From NCBI RefSeq assembly GCF_902148845.1, contig NC_043762.1, forward strand, positions 28,907,760 through 28,962,759: a stretch of DNA of 55,000 bases, read 5' to 3'. Origin of the DNA: Salarias fasciatus (Eukaryota). The translations under genes were made by a program, and so were the position numbers. Below the pieces are notes generated by a model. It was not told where the DNA came from and ran no database searches. It was given only the letters and a program-made list of their open reading frames with translations. Below are positions 14,977 through 26,413 of the stretch, piece after piece. How positions within the stretch are numbered: position 1 is the stretch's first letter; each line of letters starts with the position of its first letter.

Positions 14977-16181
14977 ATATAAAAATTAGACTTTTTTGTT
15001 TGTTTTTGTTGGGACAGTTCAGTCCTTTCTCTCTCCTCACAGAAGGCACTGTTACTCAGATTTACCGTAAAGATAAGATTCTCAAGTAGAGATTTTCTCC
15101 TTGTTTGTCCTCTGATGGGCTGATAACCTCTTCGCCTCCCTAAACCTTTAACAGGTGAGTCACATTCACACATGCAGGGAATTTTAATGCCAGAAAATAT
15201 TTCACAGTTCCTCAAGCTGCAGGTTAGTGATTCTGATCTTTCTATTTAGCCGGATCTTATCAGGCTGAGCACACATGTCGAGTCAGTGGAAACTCTGCAG
15301 ATTGAAGAGATTGAGTTGGTGAACCTCACGCCGGTCAGCCGTGAGTTAACGTTACATAAGAAGTTAAACACTGAGGGTCTTCACGCTTCGCCAAGGTCCT
15401 TTACGCTGCTCAGATTTCATGGTCACTGAGCTGCATGTCGACGGTGTTGAGATATCGCCGACATCTGCAGCTCAACAAGATAGTTTAATCCAAAAATCCT
15501 GATGTCGGGGAGTTTTACTGTTCTCTCCTGTGATCAGCCAGGTTCACTAAGCCTCTATAGGGGCAACTGACCACGTTTCTGCAATTATTCCTGCCTCGTT
15601 AATGTAGAAATATTAATTTTTAAACATGCATCCAAGCCATATTTAAGCTCCATTGAAAATAAGATTCAGCAGGTATAGTCATAGATGGGTATATTCTCAG
15701 AAGTCCAGCGACAAATCCAAGCCATTCACAGGTTTCTTATTTTAGATGTAAATCCTGGAGGTTTAAACAGAAATTACACTGAAAATGAAATCTGTATAAT
15801 CTAAAAACAACCTTTTTTTGTTGTTTTGAAGCTTGCTCATTTTGGAAACCACTAAATTGCCTTTTAAAAAACAAATCACATGGAGCATGTTAAAACAATG
15901 TTATATTTTTTTCTCTTACACTTGCAGATTGTAATTTTGAAGCCTGTGTAAAGTTCTTACAATGAGAGCCATGGTGAAAATGAAAGAATAGTTGTATTTA
16001 TTTGTGTCATCTGTTCAACAGAAAGCTCACACAGTCAGTACGACAACATTCAAATAAGAAATCACAGCGAACGCCACCGTGCGTTGGCCTAGCTTCTCGT
16101 CCGGGACGGCGGCCGCCGTCGGCTCGGTCTCCTTCAAACCGAATGTTTCAGTGTGCGTGTGAAACAGAGTCTTTGGCGTCT

Positions 16182-16213
<32 letters not shown>

Positions 16214-16356
16214 ACGGTCCAAACGTGCCTTTTCCAACACACCAGCAGCTGATCAGGAGTGACAGACTGATAAAAAACAAAACAAATAGCTCATTGAAAA
16301 CACTTCATAAATAGTTTTGACACTCAATTTTCCTCTGGATGTAAATCTTCATTGTG

Positions 16357-16360
16357 TCTC

Positions 16361-16395
<35 letters not shown>
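16357..16395 (+). repeat. (GGGGTC)n hexanucleotide repeat, about 6 units
   Basis: ggggtcggggtcggggtc...; lies in the 3' UTR of the minus-strand DOMON gene. Confidence 0.9.
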
Positions 16396-16397
16396 TC

Positions 16398-16438
16398 TCA
16401 GACGGCCTTCAGGACGGACATCAGCAGGAGCAGCAGAG
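16398..16438 (-). CDS. DOMON-domain gene terminal exon: hydrophobic GPI-signal-like tail (ALLLLLMSVLKAV stop)
   Basis: Acceptor tcttctcctgcag|. A short hydrophobic C-terminus after the small-residue stretch SGAG, then TGA. Confidence 0.5.
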
Positions 16439-16524
16439 CTGCAGGAGAAGACATGGAGGACGTCTGTCAGAAACTTCCGTGGGATCAAAGAGAAAACAGC
16501 TGACCGGAGAGGAAGCCAGGCTAC

Positions 16525-16659
16525 CGTGAGGGGCGAAGGCGCGGCCCGCCCCGGACGTCGTCATTTCGGTGGCCGGCGTCGGCGTGGTGGAGGCGCCGCT
16601 CGGGTTGGAGACGTCCACGGGACTGCTGGTGCGGTTGACCATCAGGGCCCCGACCTCAG
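16525..16659 (-). CDS. DOMON-domain gene exon 5: Ser/Thr/Pro-rich stalk (TEVGALMVNRTSSPVDVSNPSGASTTPTPATEMTTSGAGRAFAPH)
   Basis: Acceptor ccctccccag|, donor G|gtagcc. 135 nt, phase 1 in and phase 1 out. Confidence 0.5.
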
Positions 16660-16750
16660 CTGGGGAGGGGGATTCAGAGTCAGTGACTGATGGTAAAGAA
16701 GGACAGGACGGCGTCGGGACAGACGGGCTGGCTCCCGTCTTTCCACGTAC

Positions 16751-16892
16751 TTCCGCTGGTGGTTCCGGTCCCGATGAGGATGGCGAAGGTGGTGGCGTCG
16801 GTGGTCCTGGTGCTGGTGGCGTTCACGCCGGGCACGGTGAACTCACACTGGATCAGGTCTCCGTCCACAGAGCTCCGGATGCCCGTCACTAT
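16751..16892 (-). CDS. DOMON-domain gene exon 4 (IVTGIRSSVDGDLIQCEFTVPGVNATSTRTTDATTFAILIGTGTTSG)
   Basis: Acceptor ccctgtccctcag|, donor A|gtacgt. 142 nt, leaves phase 1. Confidence 0.5.
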
Positions 16893-17006
16893 CTGAGGGA
16901 CAGGGAGACGAAAAGACATGAAAACCGTGATAGATTCTATCGTCTCCGTTTGATCGGTTCTCTGTTTTCGTCAGGAATCAAGGCGATGGAACGGGTCGAA
17001 CTTTAC

Positions 17007-17117
17007 CGTCTCCACTGCAGACAGCGTCGAGTCGGTGTTGTTTCTCAACATCGTGCGGAAGAAGAAGCTCCCGTTGTTCTGATTGTTCCGAGCACAGATG
17101 AAGATCAAGGCGGTGCC
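17007..17117 (-). CDS. DOMON-domain gene exon 3 (GTALIFICARNNQNNGSFFFRTMLRNNTDSTLSAVET)
   Basis: Acceptor tttcttttctcag|, donor ACG|gtaaag. 111 nt, phase 0. Confidence 0.55.
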
Positions 17118-18744
17118 CTGAGAAAAGAAACAAAGCAAACAAAAAAATAAAGCTGTGCTGAGAAGCTGGAATTTCCAGATACTGCACCAGTCAGAAAATG
17201 AGTAAATACAGTAACAGTACAGTGGAGACAGGAGTGGAGTTTCCGGCCGGTCTCGTTGGGGCTGTTCACCTGCCGTGACCCTGCCATGCTCTGAAAATGT
17301 TTCCTTGTTTCACTGTAAACGACGGCTTTTGTGTGAAGTTCAGGTTCTCACAGCTCTGGCTTCGGGGAGGGTTTGCAGATGATTGCAACACATTTCAGAT
17401 CTTCCAGTAATGCAAAACAATCCAAACTATTCATATGAAATGACAATAAGAGGATTTTATGACAGTGTTTTACAGCTGGAAACATCTGAATTAGCCACAG
17501 CATGTCTCAGACACCTGGTTTTAAAGCTGCTGTCTTCAAATAAAAGTAACGCCGGCCTGTCATTAAATGGAAAGGAACAATCATATGGCGCAGGGCTCGG
17601 CCGACCTTCAAGCTGAGCGACAATAAGGAAGATCTGAAACCGCATGAGAACAAATAAAGGAGTGCTCTCATTTGTCTTTTTTGTCCTCTAGTTACGGGAA
17701 ACGTTTGAGGGCAGTGAACAGAAAGCGGTGATGATATTCTACAATCACAGCCGCTGTTTGCTCTGGCTGTTTAAAGACCGCTTTACTACCCCGATAAGGA
17801 ACCTCCATGATGTTTGCTGAAGGTTTCTCCAGCGAGGATTAAACTTTAAAGAGCTGAAAAGGAGAAAACGTCCATTTGAGGTTTTAAGCTCAACTTGACC
17901 GTGCTCCAGTGTTCTGTTTGTTCCTCATTTGAGGAAGTAAACTGGTGACAGGCAGAAGATGAATATCGTGCCTCAGAAAAGCCCGACAGTGGAGCTCTGC
18001 CCGCCTCCCTGCTCAGAAACCGTCCTGCTGGCTGAACACCGTCACCTTTCATTGCAGCAGTTTTCTACTTCACTGTAATTTTCTTGGTCATTTTTGTTCT
18101 GTTTGTTGCTGTTCCTGTTTGCTCACCACTGTTCCTGGTTTTACTGTCCTGTAAAACACTCCGCCTGGACGCAGGACTCTTTAGAACCGAAACTGGCTCA
18201 GACTGAGAGCTGAACCCTGAAGTTTGGTCCCCCGATCCCTTCTGAGTGATGCTTTTAACTACAAATTACACTTAATTCTGTTTTTTATAGCTGACAGTTA
18301 TAGAATATGTGTGATTTTTGTTCATTTCAAGGATTCTTAAAACATTTGATCATATATAAATTCCACATTAGGGTGTTTATAAGACTCGTCTGCGTGGAAT
18401 AAAGTATAAGAAGTAAAATAAAATGAATAAACACATTTTAAACTGTACTTTAAATCAACTGATTTTGTTGATATGATTCCTGAAATGAATCATTTCTGAC
18501 AAAAAGCAGATCCATGCAGCCATTTTACTTTTGTAATAAAAGTGATGCTGGGATCAGTTCAGGTCAGGTTTTACGTAAATCCTTCTGGATTGTTTGATTT
18601 GTGTTTTATTACCGTCATTCAGCCGCACGACACGTAGAAATGACCAAACACTGTGTCTGTGTGGAAAGTTTTGCAGTTTGATCCGGCCTCCTGCTGTGAG
18701 CCCAGCTCTGGGTGTGCAGAGGGGGATCATGGGTAGTGTCTGAC

Positions 18745-18951
18745 CTGGGAGGCGTTGGCGGTCAGCCCCATGGCGATGTAGCCCGCGGACCGGCCGCTCA
18801 GCTCCACGGCCAGGTCGGTGCCGTTGGGCGCGGCGGGCGCGCTGGCGGTGACCGACGCGAAGAGGCAGGAGGAGTTCCCCGCCGGGTCGCAGGCCGCCGG
18901 CTCCTCCACACACACCTTGGTCGCCCCGCAGCCGTCGCGCGTGATGTTGAC
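18745..18951 (-). CDS. DOMON-domain gene exon 2 (VNITRDGCGATKVCVEEPAACDPAGNSSCLFASVTASAPAAPNGTDLAVELSGRSAGYIAMGLTANASQ)
   Basis: Acceptor ccgtctccag|, donor CAG|gtcaga. 207 nt, phase 0. The C-x4-C...C...C pattern and ...V.FELSG...GyiAmGls resemble the N-terminal half of DOMON domains (FRRS1L/FRRS1-like). Confidence 0.6.
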
Positions 18952-19036
18952 CTGGAGACGGGGGACGCAGCGGAGGCCCGGGTTTAACAGTCCGTTAGGC
19001 TCCTCTGCTGAGGCCGCCGCCCGGACCAACACCCAC

Positions 19037-19135
19037 CTGAGTGCTGTTGTCGAAAGACAGATGGTCGGTTCCTCGCACGCCGGGCGCCAGGAGAGCCACG
19101 ACCGCCGCCGCCAACACGATCAGTCCTCGCTGCAT
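19037..19135 (-). CDS. DOMON-domain gene exon 1: start codon and signal peptide (MQRGLIVLAAAVVALLAPGVRGTDHLSFDNSTQ)
   Basis: ATG at 19135 on the minus strand. Hydrophobic signal-peptide h-region followed by a cleavage-site-like VRG|T. Donor CAG|gtgggt. Confidence 0.65.
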
Positions 19136-20869
19136 TCTGACCTCTGACCCCGGAGACAGCAAGAGGACAAGTCACAAATCACACACTTTCTGAGGCACTA
19201 CTAAACACCCACGTCTGGATTTACAGGATCCCGTTATTTCTGCTTTCCCATTCATTCTTATTTAGGCAGTTGTTCTTTTTGTTCTCACTTGTTTCACTTT
19301 ATCAATCAGCTGCAAACAAATCATTTTGATTTAAACTCTATAAATGCTTTTATTCTTTTCAGTATCTGGAATAAATCCGTGATAGCTGGTCTCTTGATTC
19401 TCGGGGTGGAATTACCTGCAGCTCAGCCAGTAATCGGTTAAAAAGGCGAAGTGTTTGTTCCTCTAAAGGTCGTTGAGTTTAATGAAGTCTGTTTCTAGGC
19501 GCTGTCATGAAGCTCTTCCTGATCACAAGTCAGTTCGTTGCATCAGGAAATTAAAAAAAGCCCTCAGATAGGGAGACCCATAAATCCTTCAGTCTTCAGT
19601 TCAAATCTGTTCTGCTGAGCCTACTTATCAGAGAAAACCCAACAGCAGTCTGCTCAGAGGCAGAAAACACCTCCTTTCTGTCAGGATAATAATATTTTAT
19701 GAGTCAGTCGTTCAGCGTCAATTCATCACAACACAGATAATAAATCTGGTTCAATCACAAGAATACAGAGAATTAACTTAACAGAAAATACATCCACACA
19801 TAAAGACATGTTCATAAATAATGAGAACCAGGTGATTCCGGCTCAGCCTCTGGATTACATGAATTCTTGAAGGAGTCAGATTAAAGTCAGATTTGGACTC
19901 ACCTGATCCCTGAAGCTGTTTTCCTGGATGTTCTGGATGTTTCTCAGCGTCTGCGTCCGTCTGTCTGAGTCCCAGACATTTAAAGCAGCAGAGGTCAGCA
20001 TGCAGGTGATGCAGGGGGGGAGGGGGCGGGGCTTCAGGAACACACCTGCGTCACACCTCGCTCCAAGCATGTTCTTCATCACGAAGAATGCTTTGCTTCA
20101 TCATCATGTGCTGATTTTAAAAAGCGGCTCAGTTTCTGTCATTAGATGAGTCATGATCCCTTCTCACATGGTATTCTGAATTTCTCCACTTCAGAAGTTT
20201 GGCTGGATTCTTAAATTTTAAGCTGAAAACATTCACATTAAAAACCTTTACAAAAGCATTTTGAATGTTTAACTTGTTGGTGGATTTTTCCAATTTTTTG
20301 AATAAATATTTACATGTAAACTTCACTTCAGAGATAATAAAATTGTCGCTTTATCATATATTTTGTGCTTCATTCTACGTTGTTTGTTTTCAGATAAGCT
20401 CATAGATCCATTACAGGTCGTGAACACAGTGAGCAGAGTTTCTCTGGAACATTCTCACTTCGTCTTTGTTGTTATAAAACCTTCATGTTCGCTTGATTTG
20501 TCTTTGGCAAATAAAATAAACAATGTGGTTTGACGGCGACAGGAAGAAATCCCCGCCGTGCGTCTTTCTGTCAACTTATGGTCACATGCTGTGTGCTGAG
20601 CATTCCTTTCCGATCAGGTGTACCTGGCCTCTTTTTTTTTTCTTTGTCTTCAGTTTCCGAGCGAGAAGTTTCCTCTGAGTTTGCTGGAAACATGTGGAAG
20701 AAAATATTTGAGCACATGATCCCCTGTGGAGCAACGCAACATTAAAGCGCCACAAATTTTGCAGCATAAGGATCCCTGGAGTTTTGATGGGATTGCTGAG
20801 GTGAAGAGTGTGTGTTTCTCTCAGACAGTTCTTTGTTCTTTTGTTTTCTTTACTTTAAAACAGGGCAGG

Positions 20870-21770
20870 AACCTGCTTTGGCCTGCTTTTGGCTCGCTCC
20901 CCCATGAGACGCTCCGGGACGCATTCAGGTTCTTCCATGTCCCGGAGCGTATCAAGGCCGGTCAAGGCGTGAAAGTCAAAGTGGGTGGTTGAGGGTCCGC
21001 GATTGAACAGTGGGCTCCGACTAAGCTCAATAAGAGTGTTTATGGATGATGCGACTACATTAACAACTATGAAAGCATGCGCCAAACGGCTCCCGAACAA
21101 GCTCCAAGAAAACTTCCCACGGGCCAGGATGGAAATCAAACCCAGTAAATCTCGCGGCTCTCCAGTGTTTCAGCCTCAAGCGAGAAGCAATACCAACGGT
21201 GCAAGAGAAGCCCGTCAGAAGCCTTGGAAGGTGGTACAACGCTGAACTCAAAGACACTCAGCAAGTACAGGAGCTCAGGAGGGACATGGTCGAGGATTGA
21301 AGCAGACTGACAGCACTGCCCTGCCTGGAAACCTGAAGCTGTGGTGCTTTCAGTTCGGCTTACCGCTCCAACGTATGTGGCCAATTGCCCTGTATGAGGC
21401 GAGTCTTTCGCAGGCCAAACGGCTTGAGAGACTGGTGAACTCTCAGGTGAGGAAGTGGCCCGGGCTGCCGAGGTGCCCGAGCAGCACTGGGCTGTCTGGG
21501 AGGGGAGAACTGGTAGTGCCCGTTTCCAGTCTGCTCGAAGAATATAAGAGCGCTAAAACAAGACTGGAGATGATACTGACAGAATCTCGGGACCTGCTGG
21601 TAAGGGCAGTCGCACCGACTCTGGCCACAGGGAGAACATGGACTCCAGCTGCTGCAGTGGCAGAGACGCTGTGGACCACATCCAACAAGGCAGAGGGGGC
21701 TTTGGCCTGGGAGGATCAAGAACCACATGGCAAAAGGCTAACCCTGCAGAACGCCGACTCCTGCTGAGAG
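20870..21770 (+). mobile_element. 5'-truncated non-LTR retrotransposon (LINE) reverse-transcriptase / thumb region fragment, degenerate
   Basis: RT motif ...IRVFMDDATTL...RMEIKPSKSR (a YxDD-type motif C plus a GLKINxxKT-like segment). Downstream thumb-like LKLWCFQFGLPLQRMWPIALYEASLSQAKRLERLVNSQVRKW. Frame-shifted into two ORFs. Confidence 0.5.
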
Positions 21771-21775
21771 AGGAG

Positions 21776-22012
21776 GCGAGCCAGAGCCACTTCCCAGGGC
21801 CAGCAGGGCCAGCAGGGCCAGCAGGGCCAGCAGGGCCAGCAGGGCCAGCAGCAGGGCCAGCAGGGCCAGCAGCAGGGCCAGCAGGGCCAGCAGGGCCAGC
21901 AGGGCCTGCAGGGCCAGCAGGGCCAGCAGCAGGGCCAGCAGGGCCAGCAGCAGGGCCAGCAGGGCCAGCAGGGCCAGCAGGGCCAGCAGCAGGGCCAGCA
22001 GGGCCAGCAGGC
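21776..22012 (+). repeat. (CCAGCAGGG)n 9-bp minisatellite, about 25 units; probably the 3' tail of the LINE fragment
   Basis: Perfect or near-perfect tandem ccagcaggg units immediately 3' of the RT fragment. Produces spurious GPAGPA / poly-Leu ORFs on both strands. Confidence 0.85.
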
Positions 22013-22610
22013 CGCTGGACGGCACGGGATGATGCCGGAGAGGAGGAAGACCACCTGGACTGAGCCGTGGGGACTGGAGTCAGATGTGTTGAGCTTCATC
22101 ATCAGAGCAACATAAGATGTCCTGTCTGCTCCCACCAGCTCACATCTCTGGACGGCCCAGATCCAGCCTGTCCTCTGGCTCAGTCCCAGCTTCACTCCAG
22201 CACATCTCGGTAGGGTGCCTGACCAGTCTGACTCGGCCGTCCTCTTCAGAGAGTCTGTTGTGATAAATGGCAGAAACACTCAGTGAAGTTGAGGTACACA
22301 GCGGAAGATGTGTCAGGGTCGACCTCAGTCTGTTCTCATGATGGAAAGCAGTCTCTGGCCAGACGTGTGCTGAAACTCAGGGATTGTAAGATCAAGTCCT
22401 TTTCACGAATCTGTTGAAACACATCAGAATCAACAAAATGAAAAATTAAAAGCACATTGCCTCACAAAACCAAGACAGAAAACAAACTTTAAATGCTTTT
22501 TTTTAATCTGTCTTAACCAAACTGACCCACTCATAGATATAACACCATCAGTAACTGTAAATATCACTGGAAGTTTCTCTATTCTATCCTTAAAAAAAGC
22601 GGTTTCCCCA

Positions 22611-22662
22611 GATCCCTCCATCCCTCCATCCCTCCATCCCTCCATCCCTCCATCCCTCCATC
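22611..22662 (+). repeat. (TCCCTCCA)n 8-bp tandem repeat
   Basis: ccatccctccatccctccatccc... Confidence 0.85.
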
Positions 22663-22910
22663 CATGGGATATAATGGTTGACCGGGATTCGTTGTGTTTG
22701 GGAAACAGTTTCCTCTGGTGACACTTATTTAAAGGTTAAGCTTAAAGAGAGAAACAGGAAGTTCTGCAAAAAACTGAAGAGGAGCAATTATCTAGCGAGG
22801 GAAGTATCATCAGCCTGTTTCCTGACGGAAGACCGGCCATCAAATAGAAACCACCATTGTTATTAGTGTCAGATTTATTTTAAAATACTAATGACAGTAA
22901 AATATTATGA

Positions 22911-22971
<61 letters not shown>
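22911..22971 (+). repeat. (TG)n microsatellite, about 30 units
   Basis: gtgtgtgt run. Confidence 0.95.
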
Positions 22972-22973
<2 letters not shown>

Positions 22974-25900
22974 CAGGTTTCAAACTGCTTTAGATGATAT
23001 CGATCTGGCCTCAGGCAGTCTGCAGGGAAAACTGTCGCCTTTACCGTCACACGTGCACGCCGACGTGCACGCGCGTACTGTGAAAAGGCCAAACCCTGTG
23101 TGGTTTGAGAGGCTGAACAACCACGAAAAAAAAAAAAAAACACCTCACAAAGCACTGAAGCTTTTTCCTGAATGCAGCGTCGAGGCGCCGGACACGACGC
23201 GACACTGAAACTCTTTGAAAAACGCTGACCGTGATGACCTCTGACCCCAAACCCAGAGACAATAGAGCCACAGTGCTCCACCCTCTCAGTGAGTCACACA
23301 GGAGCGGAGCAGCTCTTCCTCATTCTCTCATCAGCGCTCCGACATCCAGCGTGTGACACCGATCTTCAGCCGCAGACGTGATGGAAAATATTTCCACGGT
23401 TTTATCTCCCCGAGGCGGTGTGAAATCACACCCGATGGAAACGGTACTTCAGCAGACAAGATCATTCATCTTATCCACGTGAAGAATCACTTCATTTATG
23501 AACACTTCTCTAGCAGCTGATTAAACCCGTCTGCCAAGGTGGATTATAACTGAAGAGTCCAGACCAGGGGTGTTCAACCTGCGGCTCGGGAGCCACATGG
23601 CCCTCTTCAGTCCCTCTGCAGCAGCTCCATGAAGCTTTGACAAGATGAAGCGTGAATGAGCACTTTAAGTTTTTTTTTTTTTCATAGCTACACACCACAG
23701 GACTCTTCAAAATGAGTTGTTTCTCTCGGTTCAAAAGGGATTCAAACAAAGGTTCAGTAAAGCTGGGAAAAAGTAGCTAAAACCACAAGAAGTGGGGAAA
23801 ACAAGTGATGGAACGTCTTAAAAAACTGTGAAATGTCTAGAATTTCGAACATCAATCTGGTCGGGAAAAATCGTGAAAAACTGTTCAAAAGGAGGAAAAA
23901 CGGTTGAAACAGCTAAAATTTAAAAATTGTCAAAAAAAAAGAAAAGAAAATAGGAGCAAAACTGTTAAATTCAGGTTAGAAAACAGGTTAAATCTAATAA
24001 AATGTTCACTATTCTGAACCCTAACTTCATAAAAGCATCATAACACATATTTTTTGCATGTGCATCAAAACTACATAATTTTCCTGAGCTGCATTCGCCT
24101 CATTTTAAAGGTTAAATGTTCTTTACGGCTCCAGAACAGCTGGACTGGCGGAAAGTCACTGAGACGGCTGTGTTGGTCACACAGGGTGCAGAACCCTGGT
24201 CCAGACTATAGAATCACTGAACAGCTGTGATCCGTGAGAGCGGAGCTGTGAGTGCATCAGGCCTGAAGGTCTGAGCTGCAGGACGCGGTGGAGTTTGCAT
24301 GTTTAAAATGAAGGTAAACCGCACTTCAGACATCGATCTTGGATCTAAATGCTGGTGTGTAACCGTCAGGAGCTTCCATCAGTAAACTGAAGCCACACAC
24401 TCTCACGGTGCAGTGTATTGTTGAGATGTGTACATTTCCCATGCTGCCTTTCTCCTGGCTGTACGTCATCGGCGCACGTCGTCTGGTTCCCAGAGCTTCA
24501 GGACATAAAGACCTGCAGTTCCACCGCCGGCGACTCGACACAAAGTGAATCAGGTCAGCTGGACTTGGTCTCATTCACCGGACCGGGCCGGCGGGTTTCC
24601 TGAGCTGTTGTGTAATCAGAAACATGACTAACAGTTTTGTTCTCCTGTGAAATGCCAGCGTCTCCAGAGTCAGGTTGCAAAAAAACAAGTATGTGCACTT
24701 TATGTCTCTGTCATGGTTGAAGGAAGTTATTACAACACAAGGAAGTTCCTCGCCGTCACGTTTTTATTTTTACCTAAGTGTTCCGTGTTGAGTCCATGTT
24801 TAAATCTAATTTCTGTGACGGACTGATGGATCTCCTCGATCAGCTGCGAGCAGAAGCAGCAGGCGGAGGTTTCACCTCTTATCTTTAGCATCACGCTGCC
24901 AGTTTCAGGAAGAGTCTGTTCCTGTTTCTGTCATCAGGACTGAAGCTCAGCGCAGCAGGCCTTCGTCTGCTTCAGCTGCCCGAGGTTCACATTTCAGCCC
25001 AGTGTCGTCCGGAGTGCATTGGAATGGGAAATATTTCCATAATAAGCTTTAAATTTTAAAGTTTTTCTTTGCTGTGGTGTGGAGTATACCTGATGAAAAT
25101 GTATATATTATCACAAAAACAAAGAAATACCACCAAAAATAACTACAATGTCAACATAAAGCCAGTATTAACGATTCATTTTGGAGCAAAATTGGAAGAG
25201 AAAACAAAACAGCGGTGTGATCACAACTTTTATGGCAGCATCTTCGACGTCTAAGTCCTCGGCTTTTAAGAAAATTGATTAAAAGAAGCTTTAAAAAAAA
25301 TAAACCATGTTTTTGTTTAAGTTCCTGCCCTTTGCTTGTCAGAATGGAACGTTTAATGTGGAAGTTCAATGAAAAATAAAACACAGAAGCATATATTTAT
25401 TCTGACGGTTGTGTTGGCTTAAAAAAAATTCTCAGAGGGTAAATTCTTGAAACTTATGTTTATTATTACTGTATCTTGACATTTGTTACAAATGTCTGCT
25501 AAAAAAAACCTCATCATGGTGACTCAGAGTATTTCTCTTTGTTGGATCTTTGGCGCCACCCAGTGGCGATCAGCAGAACTTTCTTTTAAAGTTTCCTTCT
25601 GTACATGCGTGTAGAGTCGTGCACGCGCAGGGACTGACTGAGTGAATAATGAATGAATGAAAAAACGGACAGAAAAGGGTAACTTGTAATAATTTATTAT
25701 CTCAGTTAGAAACCATCACCGCCGATGACAAGATTCACCCAGATATACAAAAACCCCGAGGGGCCGTATAAAAACATCACACACGTAAAAACGTAGCACA
25801 TTGAGAGGCTGGTCGTCTTAAATAAACCTGAAGAAGAGATGATGCTTGATAAAGTGCGCTGAGTGGAAAAATGTAACAGGAATAGAAAGCGCCGTCACTG

Positions 25901-26413
25901 AGAGACGTTCTGAGTTTGTACCTGAGATGAAACCAGCAACAAGCAGCGTTTCTTTAAAAGTTTTCACCAGTTTGACCCTGAAACACACAAACAGTATAAA
26001 AGACACCAAAAAAAAAGAAAAAGAAAAACAGGGTTTGATCTACAGCAAGTGTTTGATGATCTGCAGACGTTAATCAGCTCATGTTAAACAGCTGCAGCAG
26101 CAGTGGCTTAGAGAGGACTTGTTAGTGTTTAGTTTTTCAGTGAAATCTGATCACTGCCCGACGCAACCAGACCAGATCAGGGACCACTGAAGGACCGATT
26201 AGAACCAGCTGATTGAGCTCGGAGGGCCGGGAGCTCCGGCTCCATGTTTCCACTGTGTTTCTACTGAGTCAGTCCCGTCATGTGTGTTTAAGTAGAGTCG
26301 TACTGAAAACCCTCCGGGATGAGGATCAGGATCAGGATCAGGATCAGGATCAGGATCCAGGCTGTGATCCTGATGAAAGCTGCAGCTCTTCAGGCCGGCT
26401 GCTCCTGCTGGAG

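Noticed and set aside
16569-17150. 193-aa plus-strand ORF (Gly/Ala/Val-rich) across 16.6-17.1 kb
   Set aside because: Antisense to DOMON-gene exons 3-5. The minus-strand frames carry the recognisable domain and splice sites.
21776-22012. Possible CRISPR-like array (regular short repeats); likewise 27027-27195
   Set aside because: The units are contiguous with no unique spacers, and the sequence context is eukaryotic (introns, SINEs, microsatellites). These are minisatellites, not CRISPR arrays.
21638-22279. 141-aa (GPAGPA)n collagen-like ORF on the plus strand and 187/95-aa Cys-Trp-Pro / poly-Leu ORFs on the minus strand
   Set aside because: All arise from the (CCAGCAGGG)n minisatellite. 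There is no Gly-X-Y collagen periodicity beyond the repeat and no flanking exon structure.
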